DNA of 64,000 nt, from assembly GCA_938002665.1 (NCBI GenBank), contig CALLAE010000012.1, positions 28,616 to 92,615 of the forward strand, written 5' to 3'. Below the pieces are notes generated by a model. The model searched no databases and was not told the DNA's origin. It was given only the letters and a program-made list of their open reading frames with translations. Shown piece by piece: positions 55,373 to 64,000 of this stretch. The translations under genes and the position numbers were made by a program. Within the stretch, counting starts at the first letter, position 1; each line of letters begins with the position of its first letter. The DNA comes from an uncultured Saprospiraceae bacterium. Its GTDB lineage: Bacteria > Bacteroidota > Bacteroidia > Chitinophagales > Saprospiraceae.

Positions 55373-56479
55373 TTATCTTTTCTTGCGCTTATTGTCTTTG
55401 TAATCCATGAAGATAAATTCTCCCAATCCTTGCAAAGAGCTGTAGAATGCTTTCCCATTATTAGCCTTAGTAAATCTATCAACAAACTTAACCAACCATG
55501 GATCTCTGGCTATCATAAAGGTGGTGATAGGTATACCTAGTTTCTTTGCTTTTCGGGATAAGCCTAGAGTTCTATTCATTATCATTTTATCCAGACCAAA
55601 GGCATTCTTGTAGTACTTTTTTCCTTTTTTGATACAGGTGGGTTTACCGTCGGTGATCATCATGATCTGTTTGTTGGGATTCTTTCTGCGTCTCAATATA
55701 TTCATAGCCAGCTCTAGTCCAGCCACTGTATTAGTATGATACGGACCTACTTCTAAGTAAGGAAGATCTTTTATTTCTATTTTCCACGCATCATTACCAA
55801 AGACAATAATGTCCAAACTATCTTTTGGGTATCGAGTTGTAATCATTTCAGCCAGCGCCATCGCAACTTTCTTAGCAGGAGTGATCCTATCCTCACCATA
55901 CAGAATCATGGAATGAGATATATCTATCATGAGTACGGTACTGGTCTGAGACTGAAAGAAAGTCTCATGCACCTCTAGGTCATCTTGAGTCAGTTTGAAT
56001 TCATCGAGACCATTATTGATTTGGGCATTTTTAAGAGATTCTGAAATAGATAGCTTGTCTAGTTTATCTCCGAACTCGTATGGTTTTAGCTCTGAAGTAA
56101 ACTCGTCTCCCTGACCAGTAGATCTAGTATTGTGTTTCCCTTTTTTAGATTTCTTAAGTTGGTCAAAGATGTCATCTAGTGCATGCTTCCTGAGCGAAGC
56201 TTCCATTTTTTTGGTGGGATTCATACCTCCTAGACCTTTGCCATCCCCATCCTTTGAGATGTAACCTTTCTCTTTTAGCTCTTCTATAAAGTCTGCAATG
56301 CCATAGTCTGGATTAGTTAAGTCATGCTCTTTGTCTAGTTCAGTCAGCCATGAGAGGGCTTCAGATACATCTCCAGACGTATGTATGAGTAGTTCTTGGA
56401 ATAGCTTCAATAAATCCTCAAAAAGAGAATTTCCTCCTTTACTCAGATACTTTCCAAATCTCCAACCTATCATAGACAT
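55373..56479 (-). CDS. von Willebrand factor type A (vWA) domain protein, CoxE-like
   Basis: 368 aa. The C-terminal half has the MIDAS-like motif VLMIDISHSM and MITDGKPT. It is immediately upstream of the AAA+ gene on the same strand. Confidence 0.7.
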   Translation of the reverse strand: MSMIGWRFGKYLSKGGNSLFEDLLKLFQELLIHTSGDVSEALSWLTELDKEHDLTNPDYGIADFIEELKEKGYISKDGDGKGLGGMNPTKKMEASLRKHALDDIFDQLKKSKKGKHNTRSTGQGDEFTSELKPYEFGDKLDKLSISESLKNAQINNGLDEFKLTQDDLEVHETFFQSQTSTVLMIDISHSMILYGEDRITPAKKVAMALAEMITTRYPKDSLDIIVFGNDAWKIEIKDLPYLEVGPYHTNTVAGLELAMNILRRRKNPNKQIMMITDGKPTCIKKGKKYYKNAFGLDKMIMNRTLGLSRKAKKLGIPITTFMIARDPWLVKFVDRFTKANNGKAFYSSLQGLGEFIFMDYKDNKRKKR

Positions 56480-56566
56480 ATCTCAAAAATACATGAGTAT
56501 AAATAAAAAAGAACCCTAAGCCATTAACACCTAGAGTTCTGATTATGTTTTGAGTGCAGCGTATTC

Positions 56567-57538
56567 TTATTTTAACTTGAACTCTCCTTTGCCTACTTCA
56601 AAGCCATGATTGTATACATGCACCTTATATATCCCACTCATGAGTTGGAAATTAGGTGTAAAGTCTAAACAAGTAGTACGGCCTTTGTTTTGGTAGTCTG
56701 TCGTGCCCGAGGTTGTATATTTTACCATCTTTCCATTTAGTTTTTCAGTCAGGGAACCCGAACCCGAGTCTTCTATGTATAAGACTTCGCCTATAGGATT
56801 AGTATAGGTCACATAGAACTCTTTTTCACCAGCAGGGGTTACGATATTAGTTTCCATAGTGAGGCAAGCTCTAAGCATATCTACTTTTTTAGCTCTTCCT
56901 TTTTCTTTTACAGAGCCATCATCCCTTACGTCATACCCTTTGACATCTATAGAGTTTATTTTAATAGCCTCAGCTATATCGACCTTTCCAATAAGCATGG
57001 TGTTAGATTCAGAAAGTTCTTCTGTCTGACTTACTAAGATTGTTTTTACAGAATCTAGATTTGAGATTCTTTTCTTATTGACTTCCACTTCTTGGGTAAG
57101 ATTGGTGTTTTCCGATGTTAGTTTTGCGTTTTTGCCAGAAAGAACCTCATTTTCTTGCTTGAGTCTAGTTGCTTCTATGATGTATTGGTTAGCTAATTGG
57201 TCAAGTCTTTCCATTTCTTGCTTAGCCTTGCCTAGCTCTTTCTGAGTCCAGATGAGACCACTTATCTTTTTCTTCTGAGCTGCTAATTCGGTTTTTTGTG
57301 CATCTATTCTTGCATTCAGTTCTTCGTTGTCTCCTCTGAGTCCTTCTAACTCCTCCAACTTTGTTTGATAGTTGAAATCTAGTTCAGTATTTATTTTCTC
57401 TAAACTGAGAAACTCTGATTTCTGTGCTGATAAATCTGATTTCAACTTAGAAGAGGTCATCCACTGGTAGGCATTGAGGCCTAATAGGGCCAGGATTAGG
57501 ATGATTCCGAAGATAGAACTTGAATTATTTTTGCTCAT
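56567..57538 (-). CDS. membrane-anchored coiled-coil protein with C-terminal beta domain, hypothetical
   Basis: The track start 57553 is TTG; ATG at 57538 gives MSKNNSSSIFGIILILALLGL (TM). About 170 aa of heptad-rich coiled coil follows, then a ~130-aa beta-rich domain. Confidence 0.55.
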   Translation of the reverse strand: MSKNNSSSIFGIILILALLGLNAYQWMTSSKLKSDLSAQKSEFLSLEKINTELDFNYQTKLEELEGLRGDNEELNARIDAQKTELAAQKKKISGLIWTQKELGKAKQEMERLDQLANQYIIEATRLKQENEVLSGKNAKLTSENTNLTQEVEVNKKRISNLDSVKTILVSQTEELSESNTMLIGKVDIAEAIKINSIDVKGYDVRDDGSVKEKGRAKKVDMLRACLTMETNIVTPAGEKEFYVTYTNPIGEVLYIEDSGSGSLTEKLNGKMVKYTTSGTTDYQNKGRTTCLDFTPNFQLMSGIYKVHVYNHGFEVGKGEFKLK

Positions 57539-57673
57539 AGCAGTGATTTTCAAGTAAATATCAAGCTTATAAAGTAGATATAAAAGCGAGAAGCACTAAT
57601 TTGGGTGGAATCAAGGAATAGTGAACTCAATTTTATAGTAGAATTCACCTAATGAAGAACAACAAGCAGAGAT

Positions 57674-58426
57674 ATGGCTAGTTATAAAAAGCGTATTGCC
57701 GACATTCTTTTTTTGGACATAGAGACAGCAGGAGGATCAGCAACATTTTCTGCACTCTCAGAAAACATGCAGGAGTTATGGAGCATAAAAGCTAAGCAGT
57801 TAAAGAGGGGAGAAGACCTATCTATCGAAGCAGTTGCTCAGTTATACTTAGACAAAGGAGCTATCTTCTCAGAGTTCTCAAAGGTAGTCTGTATATCTGT
57901 AGGTTATTTTGACTACAGAAAACAAAAGACTAAAAAATTTAGAGTCAAAAGTTTCTTTGGCAATAACGAAGAAGAAATACTCTCAAATTTCATCTCTTTG
58001 CTCAAAGCACATTTTGATAGACCTAACAAGCAAGCTATTGCAGGACATAACATAAAGGAATTTGATATTCCATTCTTGTGCAGGAGAATGATTATACATG
58101 GACTGAAAGTGCCTAAAATGCTGGACATCAAAGGCAAGAAACCTTGGCAGGTCGATCACTTATTAGATACGCTGGTCCTTTGGCGTTTTGGAGATTACAA
58201 AAACTATACTTCCCTTAAATTGCTGGCTGCTGTATTAGGTATCCCTTCTCCCAAGAATGACATAGATGGTAGTCAGATACACGATACATACTGGAATAAA
58301 AATGACCTTAGGCGAATCTGTGAATACTGTGAAAGAGACGTGCTGACTACGGCAAAAGTATTTTTGCGTATTCACAATAAACAAATCCCAGAGAATCTAG
58401 AAGTTATCTCAAAGACTAGATTCTAG
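57674..58426 (+). CDS. 3'-5' exonuclease, RNase H-like fold (PolB-exonuclease-related family)
   Basis: 250 aa with the DEDD-type motifs ILFLDIETAG, GHNIKEFDIPFL and YCERDV. Confidence 0.7.
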   Translation: MASYKKRIADILFLDIETAGGSATFSALSENMQELWSIKAKQLKRGEDLSIEAVAQLYLDKGAIFSEFSKVVCISVGYFDYRKQKTKKFRVKSFFGNNEEEILSNFISLLKAHFDRPNKQAIAGHNIKEFDIPFLCRRMIIHGLKVPKMLDIKGKKPWQVDHLLDTLVLWRFGDYKNYTSLKLLAAVLGIPSPKNDIDGSQIHDTYWNKNDLRRICEYCERDVLTTAKVFLRIHNKQIPENLEVISKTRF

Positions 58427-58476
58427 CTCCAGCTAAACATATTAGGAATTGTAGCTATATAGCCAAGGAATTATAA

Positions 58477-58484
58477 TACTTTTG
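58477..58484 (+). promoter_or_regulatory. -7 promoter box TACTTTTG
   Basis: It is 17 nt upstream of the rpe ATG (58501). Confidence 0.4.
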
Positions 58485-58500
58485 CTGCATAAAATTACAC

Positions 58501-59172
58501 ATGTCTCACCTCATAGCTCCTTCTATCCTTGCAGCTGATTATGGACACCTGAATAAGGACTTTGATATGCTGAATACCAGTCAAGCAGACTGGGTCCATG
58601 TGGATATAATGGATGGTGTATTTGTCCCTAATATCTCCTTTGGACAGATGTTAGTTAAGCCCATGAAGGCAGCCTCAAAGCTTCCACTAGATGTGCATCT
58701 TATGATAGTGGAGCCTGAAAAGTATGTGGACTCATTTGTTGAAGCAGGTGCAGAGGTGGTAACGTTTCATCTTGAAGCAACTAATCATGCGCACAGGCTA
58801 ATCAGTCATATACAGAGTCAAGGTGTGAAGGCTGGTGTTGCCATTAATCCTCAGACTTCTGTTGATAATTTAGACGATATTTTAGAAGGTCTAGATTTAG
58901 TATGTCTTATGTCTGTCAATCCCGGTTTTGGAGGTCAAAAGTTTATCTATCGAACCTTGCACAAGATCAGGACTCTCAAGCGTAAAATAATGGAGAGGAA
59001 TCTCGATACACTGATAGAAATAGATGGCGGTGTGGGCTTACAAAATGCAGAAGCAATTTTAAAAGCAGGAGCAGATGTCCTGGTTGCGGGAAGTAGTGTA
59101 TTTAAGTCTGATAACCCTACCCAGACTATTCAAAGATTAAAGGAAATCGAAATTGGAAATTTTGATATTTAG
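58501..59172 (+). CDS. rpe: ribulose-phosphate 3-epimerase
   Basis: 223 aa with APSILAADYGHL, HVDIMDGVFVPN, MSVNPGFGGQKF and EIDGGV. Confidence 0.96.
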   Translation: MSHLIAPSILAADYGHLNKDFDMLNTSQADWVHVDIMDGVFVPNISFGQMLVKPMKAASKLPLDVHLMIVEPEKYVDSFVEAGAEVVTFHLEATNHAHRLISHIQSQGVKAGVAINPQTSVDNLDDILEGLDLVCLMSVNPGFGGQKFIYRTLHKIRTLKRKIMERNLDTLIEIDGGVGLQNAEAILKAGADVLVAGSSVFKSDNPTQTIQRLKEIEIGNFDI

Positions 59173-61708
59173 ACTCAAACAGTTTTTTCTTGTCTTTACC
59201 CTCATAATAGTCTCAGCTCTTTTTGCTGATACTCTTAAGGGTCAGCAGACAGCTACTATATTTGGGGTGGTAACTGATCTTGATACCAAGGAGCCAGTAG
59301 AATTTGCTACCGTATATATCAAAGGCACAAATAACACCTCCGAGACCGATTCCTATGGAGAGTACACTATAACTATACCTTCAGAGGAAGTTGCCACCTT
59401 AGTGGTTACTAGAATAGGTTACAAAGAAGCAGAATATAGAGTAAAAAAGCAGAGCACAGGAGCTAAGCGCAATATCAATATAAAGCTGGTCCCTGAGGTG
59501 TCAGACTTAAACATAGTGATCCGTGAAAGTAAGATAGAGGACGTGGGCATGGTGAGAGAAGAGGTCACTGAGTTTAAAAAGCTACCTACGGCAAGTGGAA
59601 ACTTTGAAAGTATTCTTCCTCACATAGCTTTAGGTGCTTCTGGTGGTACAGGAGGAGAGCTCAGCTCGCAGTATAATGTAAGAGGAGGTAACTATGACGA
59701 AAACCTCGTGTATGTCAATGATTTTGAAATCTTTCGTCCACAACTCATAAGGTCTAATCAGCAAGAAGGATTGTCCTTTCCCAATATAGATTTGATAAGA
59801 GATGTTTCTTTTTCTTCAGGTGGCTTTGAAGCTCGTTATGGGGATAAGCTATCTTCAGTACTCGACATCAGGTATAAGAGACCTGAAGATTTTGGGGCCT
59901 CGTTTTCTGCAAGCTTCCTAGGTGCCTCAGCGCATATAGAAGGCAGTAAGAAACTGGGTGCTAATGCTTATAACAAATTGAGATATCTCATCGGAGCCAG
60001 ATATAAAACGACCCAGCATCTGCTCGGTTCACTAGATGTCGCAGGAGAGTATGCACCGCAGTTCGGAGATATACAGTCCATGATTACCTATGATATTACT
60101 AAGGATCTTCAGTTAGGTGTCCTAGGGAATTATAATCGAAGTCTCTACAATTTCATACCCCAAGAGCGAGTAACCGCTACTGGACAGTTTACACAGATAG
60201 TTCAACTGAGTAGTGTCTTTGAAGGTCAGGAAGAAGATGGTTTTCAAAATGCGATGGGTGGAGTTTCTCTTACTTACTTACCGGAGAGAGATAAGAATCC
60301 ACTTTACATAAAATTACTTGCCTCTTATTATGATAATTATGAATCGGAGAATTTTGATATTCTTGGATTCTATAGGTTGAGTCAAGTCGAGTTTGACCTT
60401 GAGAGTGAAGATTCGGAACTTAATGAAGTAGGGGTGCTTGGCGTCGGCACTCAACATGTCAATGCCAGAAACAGACTTGCTAATACCATCGCCAATGCTG
60501 AAATGAAAGGTGGGATAGAGTTACAAGGAGATAGTGATAACCAGAATAATTTTATTCAGTGGGGACTCAAGTATCAGGCAGAAGACATCTCTGATAGATT
60601 GAGCGAGTGGGAGCGGATAGATTCTGCTGGGTATTCTTTACCTTATAATGAAGAGGCAGTAGAGCTGAGCGAAGTGATAAAATCAGAGAATGACATAAAC
60701 AGTTACAGACTGCAAGGCTATGTCCAAAATAGCTTTAGTTTGCTCAGCCCTGATCGTTATGAACTTAAGCTAACAGGAGGCGTCAGATTACATCACTGGA
60801 GTTATAATGGTGAAACTAATGTGAGCCCACGCGTCCAGCTCTTCTACCAGCCACTTAACTGGCAGAAAGATGTGACTTTCAAATTGTCTGGTGGCCTTTA
60901 TTATCAGTCACCCTTTTATAGAGAGATCAGAAGACCGAATGGTATCATCAATCCTGACATACAGTCTCAGAAATCTCTGCATCTAGTCGCCGGCATGAGT
61001 TATGATTTTCTGTGGAAGAAAGTTAGTCGTTCTAAGTTCAGATTAATTACTGAGCTATATTACAAGAAGTTAGATAACCTTATTTCTTATGAAATAGATA
61101 ATGTAAGAATTCGCTACTCTGGGGAAAATGATTCTGATGGTTATGTAGCAGGCTTAGATTTAAGAATCAATGGAGAGTTTGTTCCAGGTGCTGAATCATG
61201 GGTTAATCTTTCATTTCTTCAAGCCAAGGAACGTATTAAAGGCATAGAGCACAAGAAATTTTTTGCAGGCGATACTGTGGCTTCTATACAGAACTATGTC
61301 CCTAGACCGACAGATCAACTTTTTAATATTTCAATATTTTTTCAGGATTACCTACCTAAAAATGAGAATTTCAAAATGAACCTCAATCTGACTTTTGGTT
61401 CAGGTTTGCCTTTTGGAGTGAAAGGGAATAATAGGGAGTTTAGAAATATTTTCAGGTTTAAGGCTTATCAGAGGGTGGATATAGGATTTGCCTATCAGTT
61501 ATGGCATGAATCTAAAAGAGCCAATAGACCTAATCATCTTTTGCGAGGATTTTCTAATGCCTGGCTTTCTTTTGAAGTATTTAATCTGATGGACATATTA
61601 AATGTAGGCTCTAATGTATGGATAAAGACGGTGGGTAAGCAACAGTACTCTATTCCTAACTATTTGACTTCTAGAAGATTAAACCTGAAATTGAAAGTAG
61701 AGATATAG
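59153..61708 (+). CDS. TonB-dependent receptor with N-terminal carboxypeptidase-regulatory-like domain
   Basis: 851 aa with a signal peptide, IFGVVTDLDTKEPVEFATVYIKGT (CarboxypepD_reg-like) and plug and barrel segments. The TTG start is uncertain and overlaps the rpe 3' end. Confidence 0.8.
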   Translation: MEILIFRLKQFFLVFTLIIVSALFADTLKGQQTATIFGVVTDLDTKEPVEFATVYIKGTNNTSETDSYGEYTITIPSEEVATLVVTRIGYKEAEYRVKKQSTGAKRNINIKLVPEVSDLNIVIRESKIEDVGMVREEVTEFKKLPTASGNFESILPHIALGASGGTGGELSSQYNVRGGNYDENLVYVNDFEIFRPQLIRSNQQEGLSFPNIDLIRDVSFSSGGFEARYGDKLSSVLDIRYKRPEDFGASFSASFLGASAHIEGSKKLGANAYNKLRYLIGARYKTTQHLLGSLDVAGEYAPQFGDIQSMITYDITKDLQLGVLGNYNRSLYNFIPQERVTATGQFTQIVQLSSVFEGQEEDGFQNAMGGVSLTYLPERDKNPLYIKLLASYYDNYESENFDILGFYRLSQVEFDLESEDSELNEVGVLGVGTQHVNARNRLANTIANAEMKGGIELQGDSDNQNNFIQWGLKYQAEDISDRLSEWERIDSAGYSLPYNEEAVELSEVIKSENDINSYRLQGYVQNSFSLLSPDRYELKLTGGVRLHHWSYNGETNVSPRVQLFYQPLNWQKDVTFKLSGGLYYQSPFYREIRRPNGIINPDIQSQKSLHLVAGMSYDFLWKKVSRSKFRLITELYYKKLDNLISYEIDNVRIRYSGENDSDGYVAGLDLRINGEFVPGAESWVNLSFLQAKERIKGIEHKKFFAGDTVASIQNYVPRPTDQLFNISIFFQDYLPKNENFKMNLNLTFGSGLPFGVKGNNREFRNIFRFKAYQRVDIGFAYQLWHESKRANRPNHLLRGFSNAWLSFEVFNLMDILNVGSNVWIKTVGKQQYSIPNYLTSRRLNLKLKVEI

Positions 61709-61838
61709 TAGATTCTGCTTTTGTAATCTCCTTTCTGACTGTTCTGGATATTTTTTCTCCATGTATTGCAGCGTTTACTGAGTAACTAGCTTTATACTTA
61801 TAACGGATATAATCCATTTATAAAGCTAACTATCGAAA

Positions 61839-63506
61839 ATGCGCTTACTTTTTATTTCAGCACTCTTACTTCTATTTAGCTCTTGCTATAAAGACGTGGA
61901 TAACACGACACAGATAGAAGTCATCACAGAGCAACCTAGAATAGATATGGAAACTGGCCTGACAGGTCATGTAGATGAAGGTACGGACTTGCCTATGTCT
62001 GACTATTCTTTACAAATCAATGATGAACTCTACGATGTACCTGAAAGTCACTTTTACTTTCACATTAATGACTTAGATAAGGAAGGACAATTAGTAGAGG
62101 TCATAAAGGATGGTGAGATAGTCAGTGTCGCTTATACCTACCTTGTAGAAAATGATATCAATAGATTAGAACTGGCAGCTTTTCCTGATGCAGTGGAAGC
62201 GACGACGGATGGCGTGATAGCAATAAAAGATGGTATTTCTATGAATGTCAGTTTGACTGATCTAGTAGATGGGTCAGGATCTGAGGTCAGTGAGGACGTT
62301 AGCTCTAGCCTAGTTGTCTTAGAAGACAAAGAGCTACTGAATCAATTTGGTTCCTCTGCCTATACGAAGGAAGGTGCGCTTTTATCCATTAATCCTGCGT
62401 TAGGATTCACTGTTGGTTTTCGTAGTGCTTCGGAATCTCTGAGTTTGACGGCGGGATCAACAATCTCCTTCAATATTTCAACTTTTGAGGGACAGCAATT
62501 GTATGCTTTTCATAGAGAGTTTGGGTATTGGCTTGAGTTAGGGACTATAGGAGAAGTAGAAATCACAACGGATCAGCATGGCTACTACCTCATAGGAGAA
62601 TCTGATCCGGGCATCTATTCAGAAGGGACTATCAAGAATGATGATAAAGTTGTTTCCTTTATCAATGGATCTCATGATCTAGGAGATCAATCATTTTCTT
62701 TTTTATCTACAGAAAATGGCAGGTGGGCTCATGTGCTACCGGAGGCAAGAGCCTTAGAGACTAATTTGTATGATCCGTGCAAAAATTTATTGGCTTCAAA
62801 TGAGTTAATAGTATCAGAAACAAGTCAAGTTAACCATGAGAGTAACCTACCTGATAAACAGTTATTCAATATCTCAGCTGAAATAATTGATTGTGATGGG
62901 AATAATTTTGAGAACCCATCTATCTCTATAAATAGTCATGAATCATCTGAAGAAGTCTATGTCTTCTCGGGTTCTTCCACTGAAAGACAGATTGCTATCT
63001 GTAATCCAGAATTTAATATTGCAGGTTATGACTTAGATAACTCTGATAAAGGACCTCAGATTCCTTGGGCATTAGACAAAGACGATCAGCTTAAATATCT
63101 CAGCAATTGTAAATCACAAGAAGATGGATATACTTATGTGAAGATTAACGGAGAGGTCCATGTTTATCCCCATTTTAATTATTTGACTATAGAAGATGAG
63201 ACCCGTTTTTTTACATCTAATTCTACTTTCGAAATAAGAATAAAGGGGGATGCAAAGGACTTTTATAGTAATGATGAAGTAAACATTGCTATCAATGATC
63301 CTTCGATAGGGAATGATGGATATTTTATTTCTTGCTTAAATTCTGAGAACGGCTGTGGCATAGATGATCTAAGAATCACCCATATCAACGAAAGTGGTGA
63401 AGGCTGGATCAGAGCTTCATTTAGAGGAACTCTATGGATGAGAACCATACAAAATCCTACTGCAGGTAATTATTCAATAGAAGGAGTGATCCTGATAAAA
63501 CAATAA
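61839..63506 (+). CDS. hypothetical lipoprotein
   Basis: 555 aa with a signal peptide and lipobox LFSSC, acidic. I recognise no motif. Confidence 0.5.
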   Translation: MRLLFISALLLLFSSCYKDVDNTTQIEVITEQPRIDMETGLTGHVDEGTDLPMSDYSLQINDELYDVPESHFYFHINDLDKEGQLVEVIKDGEIVSVAYTYLVENDINRLELAAFPDAVEATTDGVIAIKDGISMNVSLTDLVDGSGSEVSEDVSSSLVVLEDKELLNQFGSSAYTKEGALLSINPALGFTVGFRSASESLSLTAGSTISFNISTFEGQQLYAFHREFGYWLELGTIGEVEITTDQHGYYLIGESDPGIYSEGTIKNDDKVVSFINGSHDLGDQSFSFLSTENGRWAHVLPEARALETNLYDPCKNLLASNELIVSETSQVNHESNLPDKQLFNISAEIIDCDGNNFENPSISINSHESSEEVYVFSGSSTERQIAICNPEFNIAGYDLDNSDKGPQIPWALDKDDQLKYLSNCKSQEDGYTYVKINGEVHVYPHFNYLTIEDETRFFTSNSTFEIRIKGDAKDFYSNDEVNIAINDPSIGNDGYFISCLNSENGCGIDDLRITHINESGEGWIRASFRGTLWMRTIQNPTAGNYSIEGVILIKQ

Positions 63507-63560
63507 GAAAAATAAGATTGTAGATGAATTCATTGCAATCATCTATCTAAGGCTAAAAGT

Positions 63561-64000
63561 GTGACTGAACTTCAAATTATACAGGGATGTAAGAAGATGG
63601 ACCGTAAGGCTTATAAGGCCTTTGTGGATACCTACTCCAAGTATATATATGCTATTTGTTTTAGGTATATGGGAGATTCGGAATTAGCAAAAGATGCCTT
63701 ACAAGAAGCGTTGATTCAGATTATCAATAATATAGATAAATATGAAGAGCGCGGCTTGTTTAAGTCATGGATAGGATCTGTAACTGTCAAGAAATGTTTG
63801 GACGGTTTGAGAAAAGAAAAAAGACACAAGTATGCTTCTATGGAAAATATAGTAGAGCCAAGTGTAGATGAGATGAGTAGTATGAGACTAGAGCATGATG
63901 ATGTGGTACAGTTTATAAAAACCATTCCAGAGAATTATAGAATAGCTATAAATCTCTTTTTGGTAGAAGGGTATTCTCACAAGGAGATATCAGAAAAAAT
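63561..64000 (+). CDS. RNA polymerase sigma-70 family (ECF-type) sigma factor, 5' partial (runs off window end)
   Basis: GTG at 63561 opens a frame to the window end: (M)TELQIIQGCKKMDRKAYKAFVDTYSKYIYAICFRYMGDSELAKDALQEALIQIINNIDKYEERGLFKSWIGSVTVKKCLDGLRKEK... These are region 2 and the start of region 4. It is not in the ORF track because it has no stop. Confidence 0.8.
   Translation, partial: MTELQIIQGCKKMDRKAYKAFVDTYSKYIYAICFRYMGDSELAKDALQEALIQIINNIDKYEERGLFKSWIGSVTVKKCLDGLRKEKRHKYASMENIVEPSVDEMSSMRLEHDDVVQFIKTIPENYRIAINLFLVEGYSHKEISEK

Noticed and set aside
63716-63925. Minus-strand 69-aa ORF near the window end
   Set aside because: It is antisense to the ECF sigma factor reading frame that starts at 63561 and has clear sigma-70 region 2 similarity.

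Overview
This is a 64-kb low-GC chromosomal segment with a clear Bacteroidota signature. The evidence is a PorT-like beta-barrel gene next to ubiE, an rpmB-rpmG-small ORF-ftsY cluster, BshC, a DUF1573 protein, a TonB-dependent receptor and recurrent TAnnTTTG -7 promoter boxes. I count about 63 protein genes, mostly housekeeping (gyrA, lepA, ychF, accD, purB, dapB, dapF, hemE, pdhB, rpe, ccmE/ccmF), and one tRNA-Arg(ACG). I see no rRNA, CRISPR-cas, transposase or integrase. A fatty-acid beta-oxidation cluster (thiolase, HAD/ECH fusion, acyl-CoA dehydrogenase, SCP2, TetR) spans 33.6-40.8 kb and has a 27-bp perfect palindrome in its divergent promoter. Two loci are not explained by ordinary gene content. 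(i) At 40.9-42.8 kb there is a 1.9-kb tandem array of 12 degenerate ~103-nt hairpin-forming units (period ~126 bp), with a 104-aa GIY-YIG nuclease gene inside one linker. I propose it as a candidate repeat-plus-nuclease system analogous to REPIN/RAYT. (ii) At 35.5-36.2 kb a four-helix-bundle (23S rRNA IVS protein / Avd-like) gene is wedged between the fadB-like and fadA-like genes and bracketed on both sides by (TCTAAAAG)n arrays. Smaller observations are two short ORFs missing from the ORF track, a frameshifted gene next to the tRNA, a strong orphan terminator in the bshC/purM-like intergenic region, and a CXXXY-type CcmE. Several ORF-track N-termini are TTG/GTG extensions, and I give trimmed starts where an ATG fits better. 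All functional calls come from my own motif recognition. No searches were run, and hand-counted coordinates of non-ORF features may be off by 1-2 nt.
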